From positions 54,396 through 118,395 of the forward strand of contig OZ242009.1 of NCBI GenBank assembly GCA_965204715.1: a DNA stretch of 64,000 bases. The letters are read 5' to 3'. Below, piece by piece: positions 29,662 to 40,655 of the stretch. Numbering within the stretch: the stretch's first letter is position 1; the number at the start of each line of letters is the position of its first letter. The notes under the pieces are model-generated. The model was not told the origin of the DNA and did not search any database. It worked only from the letters and a program-made list of their open reading frames with translations. Source of the DNA: Dehalococcoidia bacterium (GTDB lineage: Bacteria; Chloroflexota; Dehalococcoidia; Lucifugimonadales; UBA3495). The position numbers were made by a program, and so were the translations under genes.

Positions 29662-30834
29662 ATGGCGAACAATACGGGCGTCGAAGACGTGGCGGAAGTT
29701 GCCAGGGGACTACATGCGGAGATCAGGGACGCCAGGGAAGAGGTGGAGGCCGACCGCCGCCTTCCCGCCCGGCTGGTCCAGAAGATAGACCGGGCCGGGT
29801 TGTTCCGGCTCAGCCTGCCCCGGTCCATGGGAGGGCCGGAATGCGACCCATTGACCAGCTTCGCCGCGGTGGAGGAGCTGTCCAGGGCCGACGGTTCGGT
29901 GGGCTGGTGCTCCATGCTGTCCAGCACCTGCTCCCTGTTCGCGGGATTTCTTCCGGCGGACGTGGGGAGGGCCATGTTCGGGGAGCCTCCCAGCTTTCGC
30001 ATGGCGGGTTCGATACGTCCGGAAGGACGGGCCGTGGCCGTGGATGGCGGCTACCGGGCGTCGGGCCATTGGGACTACGCCAGCGGCATCAACCACGCCA
30101 ACTGGCTTCTCTGCACCTGCGTGGTCGAGGATGGAAACGGTCCTCGAATCACGGATGAGGGAATGCCAGAGACGCGGTCACTGCTTGCGCCGGTGGAAGC
30201 GGCCACAGTCCATGACAACTGGGCCACGGTGGGAATGCGCGGGACCGGCAGCCATGACTTCAGCCTGGATGAGGTGTTCATACCTGCCGAACACAGTTTC
30301 AAACTGTTCGGGACTCCCCGCGAAACCACTCCGCTGTATCATCCGCGCTTGGCCCTGGTGGCGGCATGGGCGCCGGTAGCGGCCAACGCCCTGGGGATGG
30401 CGCGCGGGGCGATGGATGCGTTTGCAGAGGTGGCGGCGGATACGGGAAGCACTGTTTCAGCGACGCCCCTGAGGAAACGTTCAACGGTGCAGACGAAGGT
30501 GGGCGAAGCGGAGGCGATCATCGGGGCGGCGCGGGCCTACGTCGTCGAATCGGTCGGTTCGGCATGGCGAGCGGTGTGCGAGGGGTCTGAAGACCTGGAC
30601 AGGCAGGTTGCCGTGGCCCGCCTGAGCATCACCCATGCGATCTGGGAATCAGTACGGGCGGTTGACCTGCTGTTCCACGCGGCGGGGACCAATGCTGTCC
30701 ACCGCAGGCATCCCCTGGAACGGTTCTTCCGGGACGTCCACACGGCGGCGCAACACGTCGCCGGGTCGCCATCCAGCATTGAGGCCGCGGGGCAGGCGTT
30801 GCTTGGGCTGCGGCCAGACAGCCCCGGGTGGTAA
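29662..30834 (+). CDS. Acyl-CoA dehydrogenase-fold flavin-dependent hydroxylase (HsaA-like)
   Basis: GHWDYASG, GMRGTGSHD, LERFFRDVH. Confidence 0.88.
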   Translation: MANNTGVEDVAEVARGLHAEIRDAREEVEADRRLPARLVQKIDRAGLFRLSLPRSMGGPECDPLTSFAAVEELSRADGSVGWCSMLSSTCSLFAGFLPADVGRAMFGEPPSFRMAGSIRPEGRAVAVDGGYRASGHWDYASGINHANWLLCTCVVEDGNGPRITDEGMPETRSLLAPVEAATVHDNWATVGMRGTGSHDFSLDEVFIPAEHSFKLFGTPRETTPLYHPRLALVAAWAPVAANALGMARGAMDAFAEVAADTGSTVSATPLRKRSTVQTKVGEAEAIIGAARAYVVESVGSAWRAVCEGSEDLDRQVAVARLSITHAIWESVRAVDLLFHAAGTNAVHRRHPLERFFRDVHTAAQHVAGSPSSIEAAGQALLGLRPDSPGW

Positions 30835-30864
30835 GCGGACCGGCAGCGTTCGGCAATCGTCCGG

Positions 30865-30889
30865 TGGATTCCCGCTTTCGCGGGATGAC
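30865..30889. repeat. ATTCCCGC-type (dRS3/RPE-like) palindromic element between convergent genes
   Basis: TGGATTCCCGCTTTCGCGGGATGAC. Confidence 0.7.
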
Positions 30890-30943
30890 GGGGTCAAGGC
30901 TTCGCGTTGAGTTGTGGGCATTCAGGCGGATACCGCGGCACGG

Positions 30944-31606
30944 TCAGGGTTCGCTGCGGTCCCAGTCATCCATGGCCCAGTAGCCCTCGAAGGGAATCTC
31001 CACCTTCGCCTCCAGGCCCTGGGCGCGCTTGAGTCGCTGGATATTGTACAGGTGGGTAATGTACTCGTAGTAGCGGTGGAAGAAGGACGCCTCAAGGGTG
31101 ATCAGTGACTTGGAGGGGTCGTTGGGATCGGGCTTGACGCCTCCGGGGAATAGCTGGGGGTACTGGGCGAAGAAGCCGCTGCCGCCGCCGTCCGCGGTCC
31201 TCTCCCGAAGGCTGCCGACGGTCTCGCGGTTGAGGATGCGCCACGCCAGGTCCATGCCCAGGCGGAGCTTCTCCAGGATTATTCCGGTATCCCAATAGAG
31301 GTCCTCGTCCAAACGGCGGTCGTGGGGTGAATCGAGCAGGCCGTCGTACTCTGCTCCCTCCGGCAACCCTTCGGGAAACAGGACATGTCCCCACCTTTGC
31401 CAGAACCAGCGCAGGTCGCCCGAGGCCATGTGGCTGAGGTTACGGCGGATGCTCCACAGGCTCCACTCCCAGCGGTCGGAGTCAAAGTCAAGCTGCTCAT
31501 CGGTGAGACCTTCGATCTCGGTACGAATCATGTCGTGTAGTTCCGACTCGAACTGGGGGAACAATACCGTGGCTGGGGCGTCGTTGCGCGGTGACTCGTT
31601 GACCAT
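30944..31606 (-). CDS. DinB-family protein
   Basis: GLTDEQL...WSIRRNLSH...THLYNIQRLK. Confidence 0.7.
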   Translation of the reverse strand: MVNESPRNDAPATVLFPQFESELHDMIRTEIEGLTDEQLDFDSDRWEWSLWSIRRNLSHMASGDLRWFWQRWGHVLFPEGLPEGAEYDGLLDSPHDRRLDEDLYWDTGIILEKLRLGMDLAWRILNRETVGSLRERTADGGGSGFFAQYPQLFPGGVKPDPNDPSKSLITLEASFFHRYYEYITHLYNIQRLKRAQGLEAKVEIPFEGYWAMDDWDRSEP

Positions 31607-31655
31607 GCGGAGAATACTCCTGGAGTGTATTAGGTGTTGTGAAGCAACCTGAAGG

Positions 31656-32237
31656 TTAGGGGCCAACCCAGGTCTCGGACCATGCGAGGCAGGCGGCGCT
31701 GCTCTGCCGGTCGCCCCGCATCTCCAGAGATACCGATCCTTCGACCACCTGGCCGTTGATGGTTATCTGGGCATTGCGGGCCGGGGTGAAACAACTGTAG
31801 ACGCCCAGGGGCCGGTCCGGGTTGCTGCCTGCGGGGTTCACCAGCATGAAGGGGTCGAGGAAGTCGTACCAGGTGAGGGATATGATGTCCTCGTCGCTCT
31901 CGACGCGCTCGGTCCAGAAGGCGCGGCCGTCGCCAGACTTGGTGAACTCGGCTTCGGTCACCGGGATGGACTGGTCGGCGAACTCCTCGAAGAGGTAGGA
32001 CTCGATTGCGCCCTGGAGCCACCGGGTCATGCCGATGTTGTCGGAATAGATGAGGACCTCGTCGTCGACGGCATCACTCTTGAGGAAAAGGACGTGGCCC
32101 TGGCCGGCGGGCGACAGGAGGATGCGCCAGTGGCTGATGCGAGTGGTCTGGGGGCCGCCGTCGCTCCGTGAAAGGCGGATGAAGGAGTTTTCGCCGGTGA
32201 GGTAGACGCGGTTGGGGTCGATGGGACTTGTGGTCAT
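31656..32237 (-). CDS. Conserved hypothetical protein
   Basis: 193-aa ORF with host-like codon usage; start overlaps stop of upstream antitoxin. Confidence 0.75.
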   Translation of the reverse strand: MTTSPIDPNRVYLTGENSFIRLSRSDGGPQTTRISHWRILLSPAGQGHVLFLKSDAVDDEVLIYSDNIGMTRWLQGAIESYLFEEFADQSIPVTEAEFTKSGDGRAFWTERVESDEDIISLTWYDFLDPFMLVNPAGSNPDRPLGVYSCFTPARNAQITINGQVVEGSVSLEMRGDRQSSAACLAWSETWVGP

Positions 32238-32524
32238 TAGTTTTCGTCCTTTCGCTTGGATAGCTCTTGCTCTACTCGCTCTGTCAGGAGTGATTCGACC
32301 AGAGACTGGCAAGGCATGTCCTCGCTGCTGGCTATCATTTCCAAGTCGGCGAGCAGCGACTCAGGGAGCTGGATGGAAACGGTTTCCTTTGGCAGCTTTA
32401 GGTCCGGGAAATCAATCCTTCGCGCCTTGCTCCAGTCGATATAGTCAACGGAGTCATGGGTAGCCCAAAACTCCCGCTCCTCGTCCTCGGAATCGAAGTG
32501 AGGAATTGGTTTCTTGCTAAACAT
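32237..32524 (-). CDS. brnA: BrnA/CopG-like antitoxin
   Basis: IPHFDSEDEEREFWATHDS...VSIQLP. Confidence 0.8.
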   Translation of the reverse strand: MFSKKPIPHFDSEDEEREFWATHDSVDYIDWSKARRIDFPDLKLPKETVSIQLPESLLADLEMIASSEDMPCQSLVESLLTERVEQELSKRKDEN

Positions 32525-32822
32525 TCTCGTAATCGCTCCGCTCTCGCCGGCTCATGTCCCTGGCCGAGATAACCCGTATCAGACCTTCCCGGATGGTGAA
32601 TACGCTAAACAATCTCCGGCCTGATTGAGTTTGCCCCATTGCGAAGCACCGCCGCTCCGGTTGCCGATGAATTAAGGATTCTCTGATGAATAGCGGCCTG
32701 TTGTAGAATACTTGCTCACATTCATGCCTGGTGACTCTGTGTTTGAACCAGTTCTTATCCGAATTTCCATCGTCTCCGAATTGCCATCGTCCCATTGGAA
32801 CCCGGGTAATCAGTTGGTCCAT
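32517..32822 (-). CDS. brnT: BrnT toxin with scrambled N-terminus
   Basis: NWFKHRV...ECEQVF, IRVISARDMSRRER. Confidence 0.8.
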   Translation of the reverse strand: MDQLITRVPMGRWQFGDDGNSDKNWFKHRVTRHECEQVFYNRPLFIRESLIHRQPERRCFAMGQTQSGRRLFSVFTIREGLIRVISARDMSRRERSDYENV

Positions 32823-32840
32823 TCATCTTATGTTACACGA

Positions 32841-32877
32841 AAAAACCGGGGCCTGCCGCTTGGTGCAAGCCCCGGTT
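32841..32877 (-). terminator. Intrinsic terminator after HMGL-like gene
   Basis: AACCGGGGC/GCCCCGGTT stem followed by T-run on minus strand. Confidence 0.7.
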
Positions 32878-32912
32878 GTGTGTCCGCCAGGTAGCTGCTC
32901 CCTGGGAGGGGC

Positions 32913-34100
32913 CTAGAGGTCCTTGGCGGGGAACCAGTCCTGTTTCCAGGGGAAGTCGCCGGTGGCGTCGTCGAAGGCGGGGAGACCCTGCTCGATCCGC
33001 TCCCGGTAGGGGCTGGTGATGGGCTCGCGGTAAGGGGAGATGCCGCCCTCGTAAGCCTCGGGGCCGACCTTGAAGTGCTTGGCCTGCTCCAGGGTCTCGA
33101 CGAAGGGCATGTTCATGTCGTAGAGCTTGTCCAGGGTCTTGGGCCGGGGGCCGGCCTTGGAGACGTGGCCGTAAAGCTCGCGCCCGACGATGTCCTCGGC
33201 CATCCAGACGCAGTCGATGAGCTTGTCGATGTCCACTCCGGTCTCGACGCCCATGTCTTCCATCATGTGCAGGATGTCCTCAGAGGGGGCCATGCCGGTG
33301 GCGCGCCCGTTGCCGCAATAGGGGCAACCGCCATAGCCGCCGATGGTGCCGTCCAACTCCACGGTATCCTCGGAACTGAGGGTGCGGATAGCGGCGTAGG
33401 CGGAGGCGATGGCCATGTTGCGGCCATTGTGGAGGTGCAGCCGGAAGTGGGTGATCTCCGGCCACTGTTCCTTGACCCGGTAGATGCTCTCCTCGACCTT
33501 GGCCGGGGTGCAGTGGCTCATGGGGTCGCCCAGGGATACGCTGCGGACCTGGATGCCGACCTCGTCCCACATGGCGTGCTGCTTTTCCAGCAGAACCATC
33601 AGAGAGTCGACCGGGAACTCGCCGAGGAAGTTGGAACCCCAACTGGCGTTGCAGCCGATGCCGGCCTCGGTGATGTTGAGTTCCTGGGCCTGGGCGATGA
33701 TCTGGGGCCAGCGCTCCATTTCCTGCATCTGGCTGCGGTTGGTGTTGCGGCGGGCGAACACGTCGCAGAGGTGGCAGGAGAGCCTGGGGTAGCGGTCGCG
33801 CTCGATGGTCAGAGGGGGCGAGTAGGCCCTGGCACGCTCGACGCCGCGGGCGTTGAGGGCGAGGGCGGTGTAGGTGATGCCGGGCTTGGGGGTGAACTTG
33901 GTCACGATCTCGTCGATGCGCTCCATCTGGGGGGTCCACCTGGGGCTGACGAAGGAGCCCACGACGATTTGGTCCAGACCGGTCTCGGACAGGGCGTCGA
34001 GAAGAGAGACTTTATCGTCGACGCTGATCTGGGCGTCTTCGATCTGCATACCCTCCCGCATACCCTCTTCTTTATAGGTAATCGTTGGATAGTCTGGCAT
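32913..34100 (-). CDS. HMG-CoA lyase-like (DRE-TIM) enzyme
   Basis: EEGMREGMQ, GSFVSP, HLHN, GGYGGCPY. Confidence 0.85.
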   Translation of the reverse strand: MPDYPTITYKEEGMREGMQIEDAQISVDDKVSLLDALSETGLDQIVVGSFVSPRWTPQMERIDEIVTKFTPKPGITYTALALNARGVERARAYSPPLTIERDRYPRLSCHLCDVFARRNTNRSQMQEMERWPQIIAQAQELNITEAGIGCNASWGSNFLGEFPVDSLMVLLEKQHAMWDEVGIQVRSVSLGDPMSHCTPAKVEESIYRVKEQWPEITHFRLHLHNGRNMAIASAYAAIRTLSSEDTVELDGTIGGYGGCPYCGNGRATGMAPSEDILHMMEDMGVETGVDIDKLIDCVWMAEDIVGRELYGHVSKAGPRPKTLDKLYDMNMPFVETLEQAKHFKVGPEAYEGGISPYREPITSPYRERIEQGLPAFDDATGDFPWKQDWFPAKDL

Positions 34101-34186
34101 TGGCTTCTCCTTTCCCGTCCCGCTTGGGCAAGGTGCTGGGCACAGGTTGCCTGATGGGAATTTGAGCGTGGGTCGATACTGGGCGG

Positions 34187-34215
34187 ATTGTATTGGCGGG
34201 GGGTTGGGTTGTCAA
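34187..34215 (-). promoter_or_regulatory. Sigma70-type promoter for HMGL-like gene
   Basis: TTGACA-N17-TACAAT on minus strand. Confidence 0.75.
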
Positions 34216-34297
34216 TTGGGACTGCGTTGACATCTGGCTGTCGTTCCTGCGAAATTAGGAGTCGAGACCCTCCCTCGAGTGGCAAGGAGAATTTCCG

Positions 34298-35665
34298 ATG
34301 CTGACACGGCTGCGGCTGGAGAACTACAAGTCCTGGAAGGACACTGGAGACATTCCCATGAAGCCTATAACCGGCTTCTTTGGGGCCAACAGTTCCGGCA
34401 AGTCCAGCTTGCTTCAGGCACTACTTCTTATGAAGCAGACCGTCGATTCTCCTGATCGTGGGATCGTGCTCCATTTTGGCGACGAGCGAACTCTCGTAGA
34501 TGTAGGTGACTTCGAGGGTGTCGTCCATCGAAATGACACCAACCAGACCATCAAGTTTTCTCTGGACTGGAAATCCGAAATAGAGATCGAGGTGCCGGAA
34601 AAGTATGGAAACGGCTCTGTAGCCAGGCATGTAGATGTCGGTTTCGATACTGAAATCGGGAGGGAAGTTACCACTTTCAGGGGGTCTCCGGTGTTGAAAG
34701 AGATGTCTTACCGGATTCCCCATCGTCGGCGATTCGGGGTACGGCGTCTCTCCAATGGGTGGGGTTACGCGCAATTGCTCGATGGCATGGAGCTCGAGCA
34801 CAGACTCCGTCCGGGGCAACTGATTCCTGCGCCGACGCTCCAGTTTAATGATTTTAGTCGCTGGATAGAGGGGGATTTTGAAGACCGAGGTTTCCTTTCC
34901 AGTCTGCAACACGGGCTAGAATCACTCTTGCGCAATACGCACTATCTTGGCCCTCTCCGCGCAGAGCCTCGGCGCTTTTACAGTTGGTCTGGTGCGCGAC
35001 CCTCCGATGTGGGCCAGGCAGGAGAATCCGTAGTCAGCGCCATAGCCGCATCCAAACAGAGTGGTCAGGCGATACTGGATGACACTGGATCGCACTACTC
35101 TAGAATTGACGAATACGTAGCAGGATGGCTTAAGCGGCTTGGGCTCGCCGATGACTTCCGTGTTGAGACACTTGACGATAACGGACGGTTTTTCGTAGCC
35201 AAGGTACGAAAGTCACCCACTTCGCCCGAGGTCCTTCTGGCAGACGTGGGGTTCGGAGTTTCCCAAGTCTTGCCAGTCCTAGTGTTATGCTTCTACGTGC
35301 GTCCGATGTCTACCGTGGTCCTGGAGCAACCGGACATCCACCTGCATCCTTCAGCCCAGGCCAGACTCGCCGATGTCTTCATCGACGCATGGAAGAAATA
35401 CCGCATTCAGATATTGTTTGAAAGCCACGGTGAGCATTTGCTTCGCAGGCTCCAGCGCCGGATAGCTGAAGGGAGTATCAAGCAGGACGACATCGGCCTT
35501 TTCTTCTGCTTTATGGAGGAGGATGGCAGTTCGAGCCTTAGCCATCTTGAACTCGATGAGTACGGGAACATCGCCAATTGGCCCAAAGACTTCTTCGGCG
35601 ATCAGTTCGGCGAGATTGCGGCTATGAGCGAGGCTGCGCTTAAGAGGAAGGCGGAATCCGATTGA
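34298..35665 (+). CDS. AAA_21/ABC-type ATPase with DUF3696-like C-terminus
   Basis: GANSSGKS, VGFGVSQVLP, LEQPDIHLHP, ESHGEH, WPKDFF. Confidence 0.88.
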   Translation: MLTRLRLENYKSWKDTGDIPMKPITGFFGANSSGKSSLLQALLLMKQTVDSPDRGIVLHFGDERTLVDVGDFEGVVHRNDTNQTIKFSLDWKSEIEIEVPEKYGNGSVARHVDVGFDTEIGREVTTFRGSPVLKEMSYRIPHRRRFGVRRLSNGWGYAQLLDGMELEHRLRPGQLIPAPTLQFNDFSRWIEGDFEDRGFLSSLQHGLESLLRNTHYLGPLRAEPRRFYSWSGARPSDVGQAGESVVSAIAASKQSGQAILDDTGSHYSRIDEYVAGWLKRLGLADDFRVETLDDNGRFFVAKVRKSPTSPEVLLADVGFGVSQVLPVLVLCFYVRPMSTVVLEQPDIHLHPSAQARLADVFIDAWKKYRIQILFESHGEHLLRRLQRRIAEGSIKQDDIGLFFCFMEEDGSSSLSHLELDEYGNIANWPKDFFGDQFGEIAAMSEAALKRKAESD

Positions 35666-36159
35666 CTGCTGGGAAGACAGAGGCAGTGATAGACACCAAT
35701 GTCGCCGTAGTCGCAAACGGTAAACACGAGAAAGCGAGTCCAAACTGCGTACTTGAGTGCATAAACCGCTTACGCTTGATTCAAAACCAACGTATCCTCT
35801 TGTTGGACGACAAGAACCTGATTCTTACGGAGTACCGCAACAACCTCCACCCATCCGGCCAGCCGGGAGCAGGGGATGCGTTTTTCAGATGGCTCCACGA
35901 CAACCAAGCCAACCCGGATTACTGCCGCAGTGTAGCTGTAAAGCATCATCCTGACCGGGAGTTTGAGGAATTCCCGGATGATCCAGACCTCGCAGCATTT
36001 GACCGCAGCGACCGTAAGTTCGTTGCTGTTGCACTGGCCAGTGGGACTGGGCCAGAGGTCTTCAACGCTTCTGATACGGACTGGTGGATTCACCGTCAGG
36101 GGTTGCATCAACATGGCATAAAAGTGGTCTTTCTGTGCCCGGAGTTAATGCGCGAGTAA
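35662..36159 (+). CDS. PIN-like domain protein coupled to the ATPase
   Basis: VIDTNV, LTEY, DRSDRKFVAVA, DTDW acidic residues; 4-nt overlap with ATPase. Confidence 0.7.
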   Translation: MTAGKTEAVIDTNVAVVANGKHEKASPNCVLECINRLRLIQNQRILLLDDKNLILTEYRNNLHPSGQPGAGDAFFRWLHDNQANPDYCRSVAVKHHPDREFEEFPDDPDLAAFDRSDRKFVAVALASGTGPEVFNASDTDWWIHRQGLHQHGIKVVFLCPELMRE

Positions 36160-36315
36160 ACGATGGGCAATCCTTCGAAAGACTATGGCTCCCTGTTCCA
36201 GGAATTGATCCCTCTTATGACTGTTCCGCAAGTCCCGAATTGACACCCGGCACGGGCCACTCCTATAATGCCTGCAATCGGAGAGGGTCTCCGCTTTTAA
36301 CAATTCGGGTTTCAG

Positions 36316-36415
36316 AGGCACGTAGGGGAGCTCGGTTAAGCCGGGTTGAGAGGGTGACCGGATTGTCACCGACCCTTGCGAACCTGATCTGGGTAATGCC
36401 AGCGTAGGGAAGCGA
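36316..36415 (+). ncRNA. TPP riboswitch
   Basis: GGGG..TGAGA...ACCC..GAACCTGATCTGGGTAATGCCAGCGTAGGGA core directly upstream of thiC; ends approximate. Confidence 0.95.
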
Positions 36416-36442
36416 CGCCCGTCGTGTATGAGTCAGGCCGAG

Positions 36443-38254
<1,812 letters not shown>

Positions 38255-38457
38255 ACGGGACGGCTGGTAGGCGTGGCGAGTGGGTCTGAGTCCCACCCAC
38301 GCCGGCATTTGCCCAGGTCCCATGAAGGTGAGGCCGGGCTTCCACGGCAGGCAGATGCCCGGCCGAGAAAGCCCGGCTTCTTACGATTTCCGGGGAGCCG
38401 GGTAATGGTATACTCTGTTGTGAACACCTCCCAGCCAGCAACTTTTGGAGCCAACCG

Positions 38458-38802
38458 ATGGCACTGTATTTTCTTCTCGGCACCCTTTCTTCTGAAGGTC
38501 AACACCTGGTCCATGATGATGCCGACCTGTTCCTCAAGGCCACCAACTCAATAAGAGTAGAGGGAGCCACCGTATTGGGACGCTATGGCGTCCTTGGAAG
38601 ATATGACTACGTGATCATGGTTGACGCCCGGGACAACGAGACAGTGGCCCGGATGTCGGTCGAACTGGGGATAAGGACCGGACTGCACATCGAGACTCTG
38701 CCGGCCATCGCCATCGGATTTATGGCGGACCAGAACCCCGACAACCCGGAAGAAGAGCCGGAGAGCGTTCAGTTGCGGCCGGGTCAGGGGGTCGTGAGCT
38801 AG
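38458..38802 (+). CDS. GYD-domain protein
   Basis: YGVLGRYDYV motif. Confidence 0.75.
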   Translation: MALYFLLGTLSSEGQHLVHDDADLFLKATNSIRVEGATVLGRYGVLGRYDYVIMVDARDNETVARMSVELGIRTGLHIETLPAIAIGFMADQNPDNPEEEPESVQLRPGQGVVS

Positions 38803-38803
38803 G

Positions 38804-39205
38804 GTGATGGCAACGCCGGTAGAAAACCGGATTGACGAAGCACGGGAATTGCTGCAAGCGGCGCGGGAGGAATTTGCCCGTGCGGAAGAAGCCCAGGGAG
38901 GCGCGGCCGTGATTGGGCTGAGGAATTCCTGCGGCAAAGGCTGGCTTGCCATACTGGAAGCCATCAATGCCCACTTTATCAAACAGGGTGTTCCAGAGTC
39001 TGAGTTGCCCGGGAACAACCGGGGCAGAAAGTACTTTGCAGGCCGCTACATGGACCGGAACATGACGAAGGACTACATCTACTTGCGCCAGACGTTCCAT
39101 CTCGACGGGTACTACGACGGGATCGTGGAGTTCGACGACATGTCCGGCTATCTCGACGAACTGGAAGAGTTCATTGACAGCATAGCAGCATCGGGGAGCG
39201 AATGA
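38804..39205 (+). CDS. HEPN/PaREP1-like (DUF5618-like) protein
   Basis: CGKGWLAILEA, FHLDGYY helical pattern. Confidence 0.55.
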   Translation: MMATPVENRIDEARELLQAAREEFARAEEAQGGAAVIGLRNSCGKGWLAILEAINAHFIKQGVPESELPGNNRGRKYFAGRYMDRNMTKDYIYLRQTFHLDGYYDGIVEFDDMSGYLDELEEFIDSIAASGSE

Positions 39206-40014
39206 TGGCCGGAGCAAGGGTCCCCAAGGCGATGACTATTGCCGGTTCCGACTCCGGCGGCGGCGCAGGTATTCAGGCCGACCTGAAGACTTTTGCAGCC
39301 CTGGGGGTTTACGGCACAGTGACCCTTACCGCCATAACGGCCCAGAACACCGTAGGGGTCACCGGAGTACATGAGATCCCGCCGGACATGATCATCGCCC
39401 AGATGGACGCAGTCATGGGGGACATTGGCGCGGACGCCGTGAAGACGGGGATGCTGTCCAGCCGGGAGATCGTCGAGGTAGTTGCCGGCCAAGTGAAGAA
39501 ACACGGGATTCGCGCGCTGGTAGTTGACCCGGTGATGGTCGCCAAGAGCGGGGACCCGCTGCTCCGGGAGGACGCGGTGGAGGCCGTTCGATCCTTCCTG
39601 GTGCCGCTGGCGGCGGTGGTTACTCCCAACATCCCGGAGGCTGAGTCCCTCACCGGCATGACTATCGAGACCGATGCGGACGTTCGGGAGGCCGCCGAGA
39701 GGATCATACAGATGGGCGCGCGCTCCGTGGTGGTCAAGGGCGGACACCGGGAAGGTCCGGCCGCGGACCTGCTTTACGATGGGGTGAGATTCCAGGAATT
39801 TTCGGCGCCGCGGATTGATACAGTCAACACCCACGGCACCGGATGCACATTCGCGTCGGCAGTTGCTGCGGGTCTGGCCCAGAGGAAGACAGTAGAGGAC
39901 TCGGTTACCCAGGCCAAGGAGTACGTGACGGAGGCGATACGAAGCTCCTTCCCAATCGGGAGCGGCCACGGTCCATTGAACCACTTCTACCAGCTTTGGG
40001 GAGACAGCCAATGA
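39202..40014 (+). CDS. thiD: Hydroxymethylpyrimidine/phosphomethylpyrimidine kinase
   Basis: IAGSDSGGGAGIQADLK, HGTGCT, GHGPLNH. Confidence 0.97.
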   Translation: MMAGARVPKAMTIAGSDSGGGAGIQADLKTFAALGVYGTVTLTAITAQNTVGVTGVHEIPPDMIIAQMDAVMGDIGADAVKTGMLSSREIVEVVAGQVKKHGIRALVVDPVMVAKSGDPLLREDAVEAVRSFLVPLAAVVTPNIPEAESLTGMTIETDADVREAAERIIQMGARSVVVKGGHREGPAADLLYDGVRFQEFSAPRIDTVNTHGTGCTFASAVAAGLAQRKTVEDSVTQAKEYVTEAIRSSFPIGSGHGPLNHFYQLWGDSQ

Positions 40015-40565
40015 CGACGGCAGAGACGAAACTGTTGACAGCTGATGATCTGCTCCGGATGCACAGCCAGGGAGTTAAAGGGGAACTGATACGGGGAGTG
40101 TTCTGCGAGACTGTGTCTGTGGGAATAGAACACGGCGAAATAGCATTCAATCTGGGCGGTGAAATTCGAGCTTTTGTCAGACCAAGGCGGTTAGGGCGCG
40201 TGGTTGGCTCCGATGTCGGCATCTGGCTGGCAAACGACCCGGATACGGTGCGGGAACCGGACGTGGCATTTATCCCGGCGGACCGATTGCCCCTTGACGT
40301 GCGGGTCACAGGCTACTCGCAAGTAGTTCCCGCTCTGGTAGCTGAGATTGTGTCCCCTAGCGATAGTCTGCGCGAGGTCCACGACAAAGCGCGCATGTGG
40401 TTGAGCCATGGGGTAGCTTTGGTGTGGGTAGTGTTCCCTGATAGCAGGACCGTTGACGTTCACCAGAACGGCAGTCCCGTAGTAACACTAGCTGAGGACG
40501 ATTCATTGGACGGAGGGACGGTCTTGCCGGGGTTCTCCCTGCCGGTCAGGGAAGTTTTCGAGTAG
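40011..40565 (+). CDS. Uma2-family PD-(D/E)XK endonuclease-like protein
   Basis: ELIRG, REPDVAF, AEIVSP, LVWVV. Confidence 0.92.
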   Translation: MTTAETKLLTADDLLRMHSQGVKGELIRGVFCETVSVGIEHGEIAFNLGGEIRAFVRPRRLGRVVGSDVGIWLANDPDTVREPDVAFIPADRLPLDVRVTGYSQVVPALVAEIVSPSDSLREVHDKARMWLSHGVALVWVVFPDSRTVDVHQNGSPVVTLAEDDSLDGGTVLPGFSLPVREVFE

Positions 40566-40655
40566 ATAGGCTTACCGATATAATCAGGTCAACCTCCGGC
40601 GCTCGCACTTTCGGAGGGACGGGAGCGCCTTAACTATTCCAGAGGTACACCGCTT

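Noticed and set aside
38270-38303. tRNA minihelix-like hairpin (7-bp + 5-bp stems)
   Set aside because: Loop TCTGAGT lacks TTC, no D or anticodon arm, no CCA; better explained as a GTAG-led REP-like palindrome.
40566-40655. Possible T-box before ileS
   Set aside because: Only ~90 bp with one hairpin; no T-box consensus seen.
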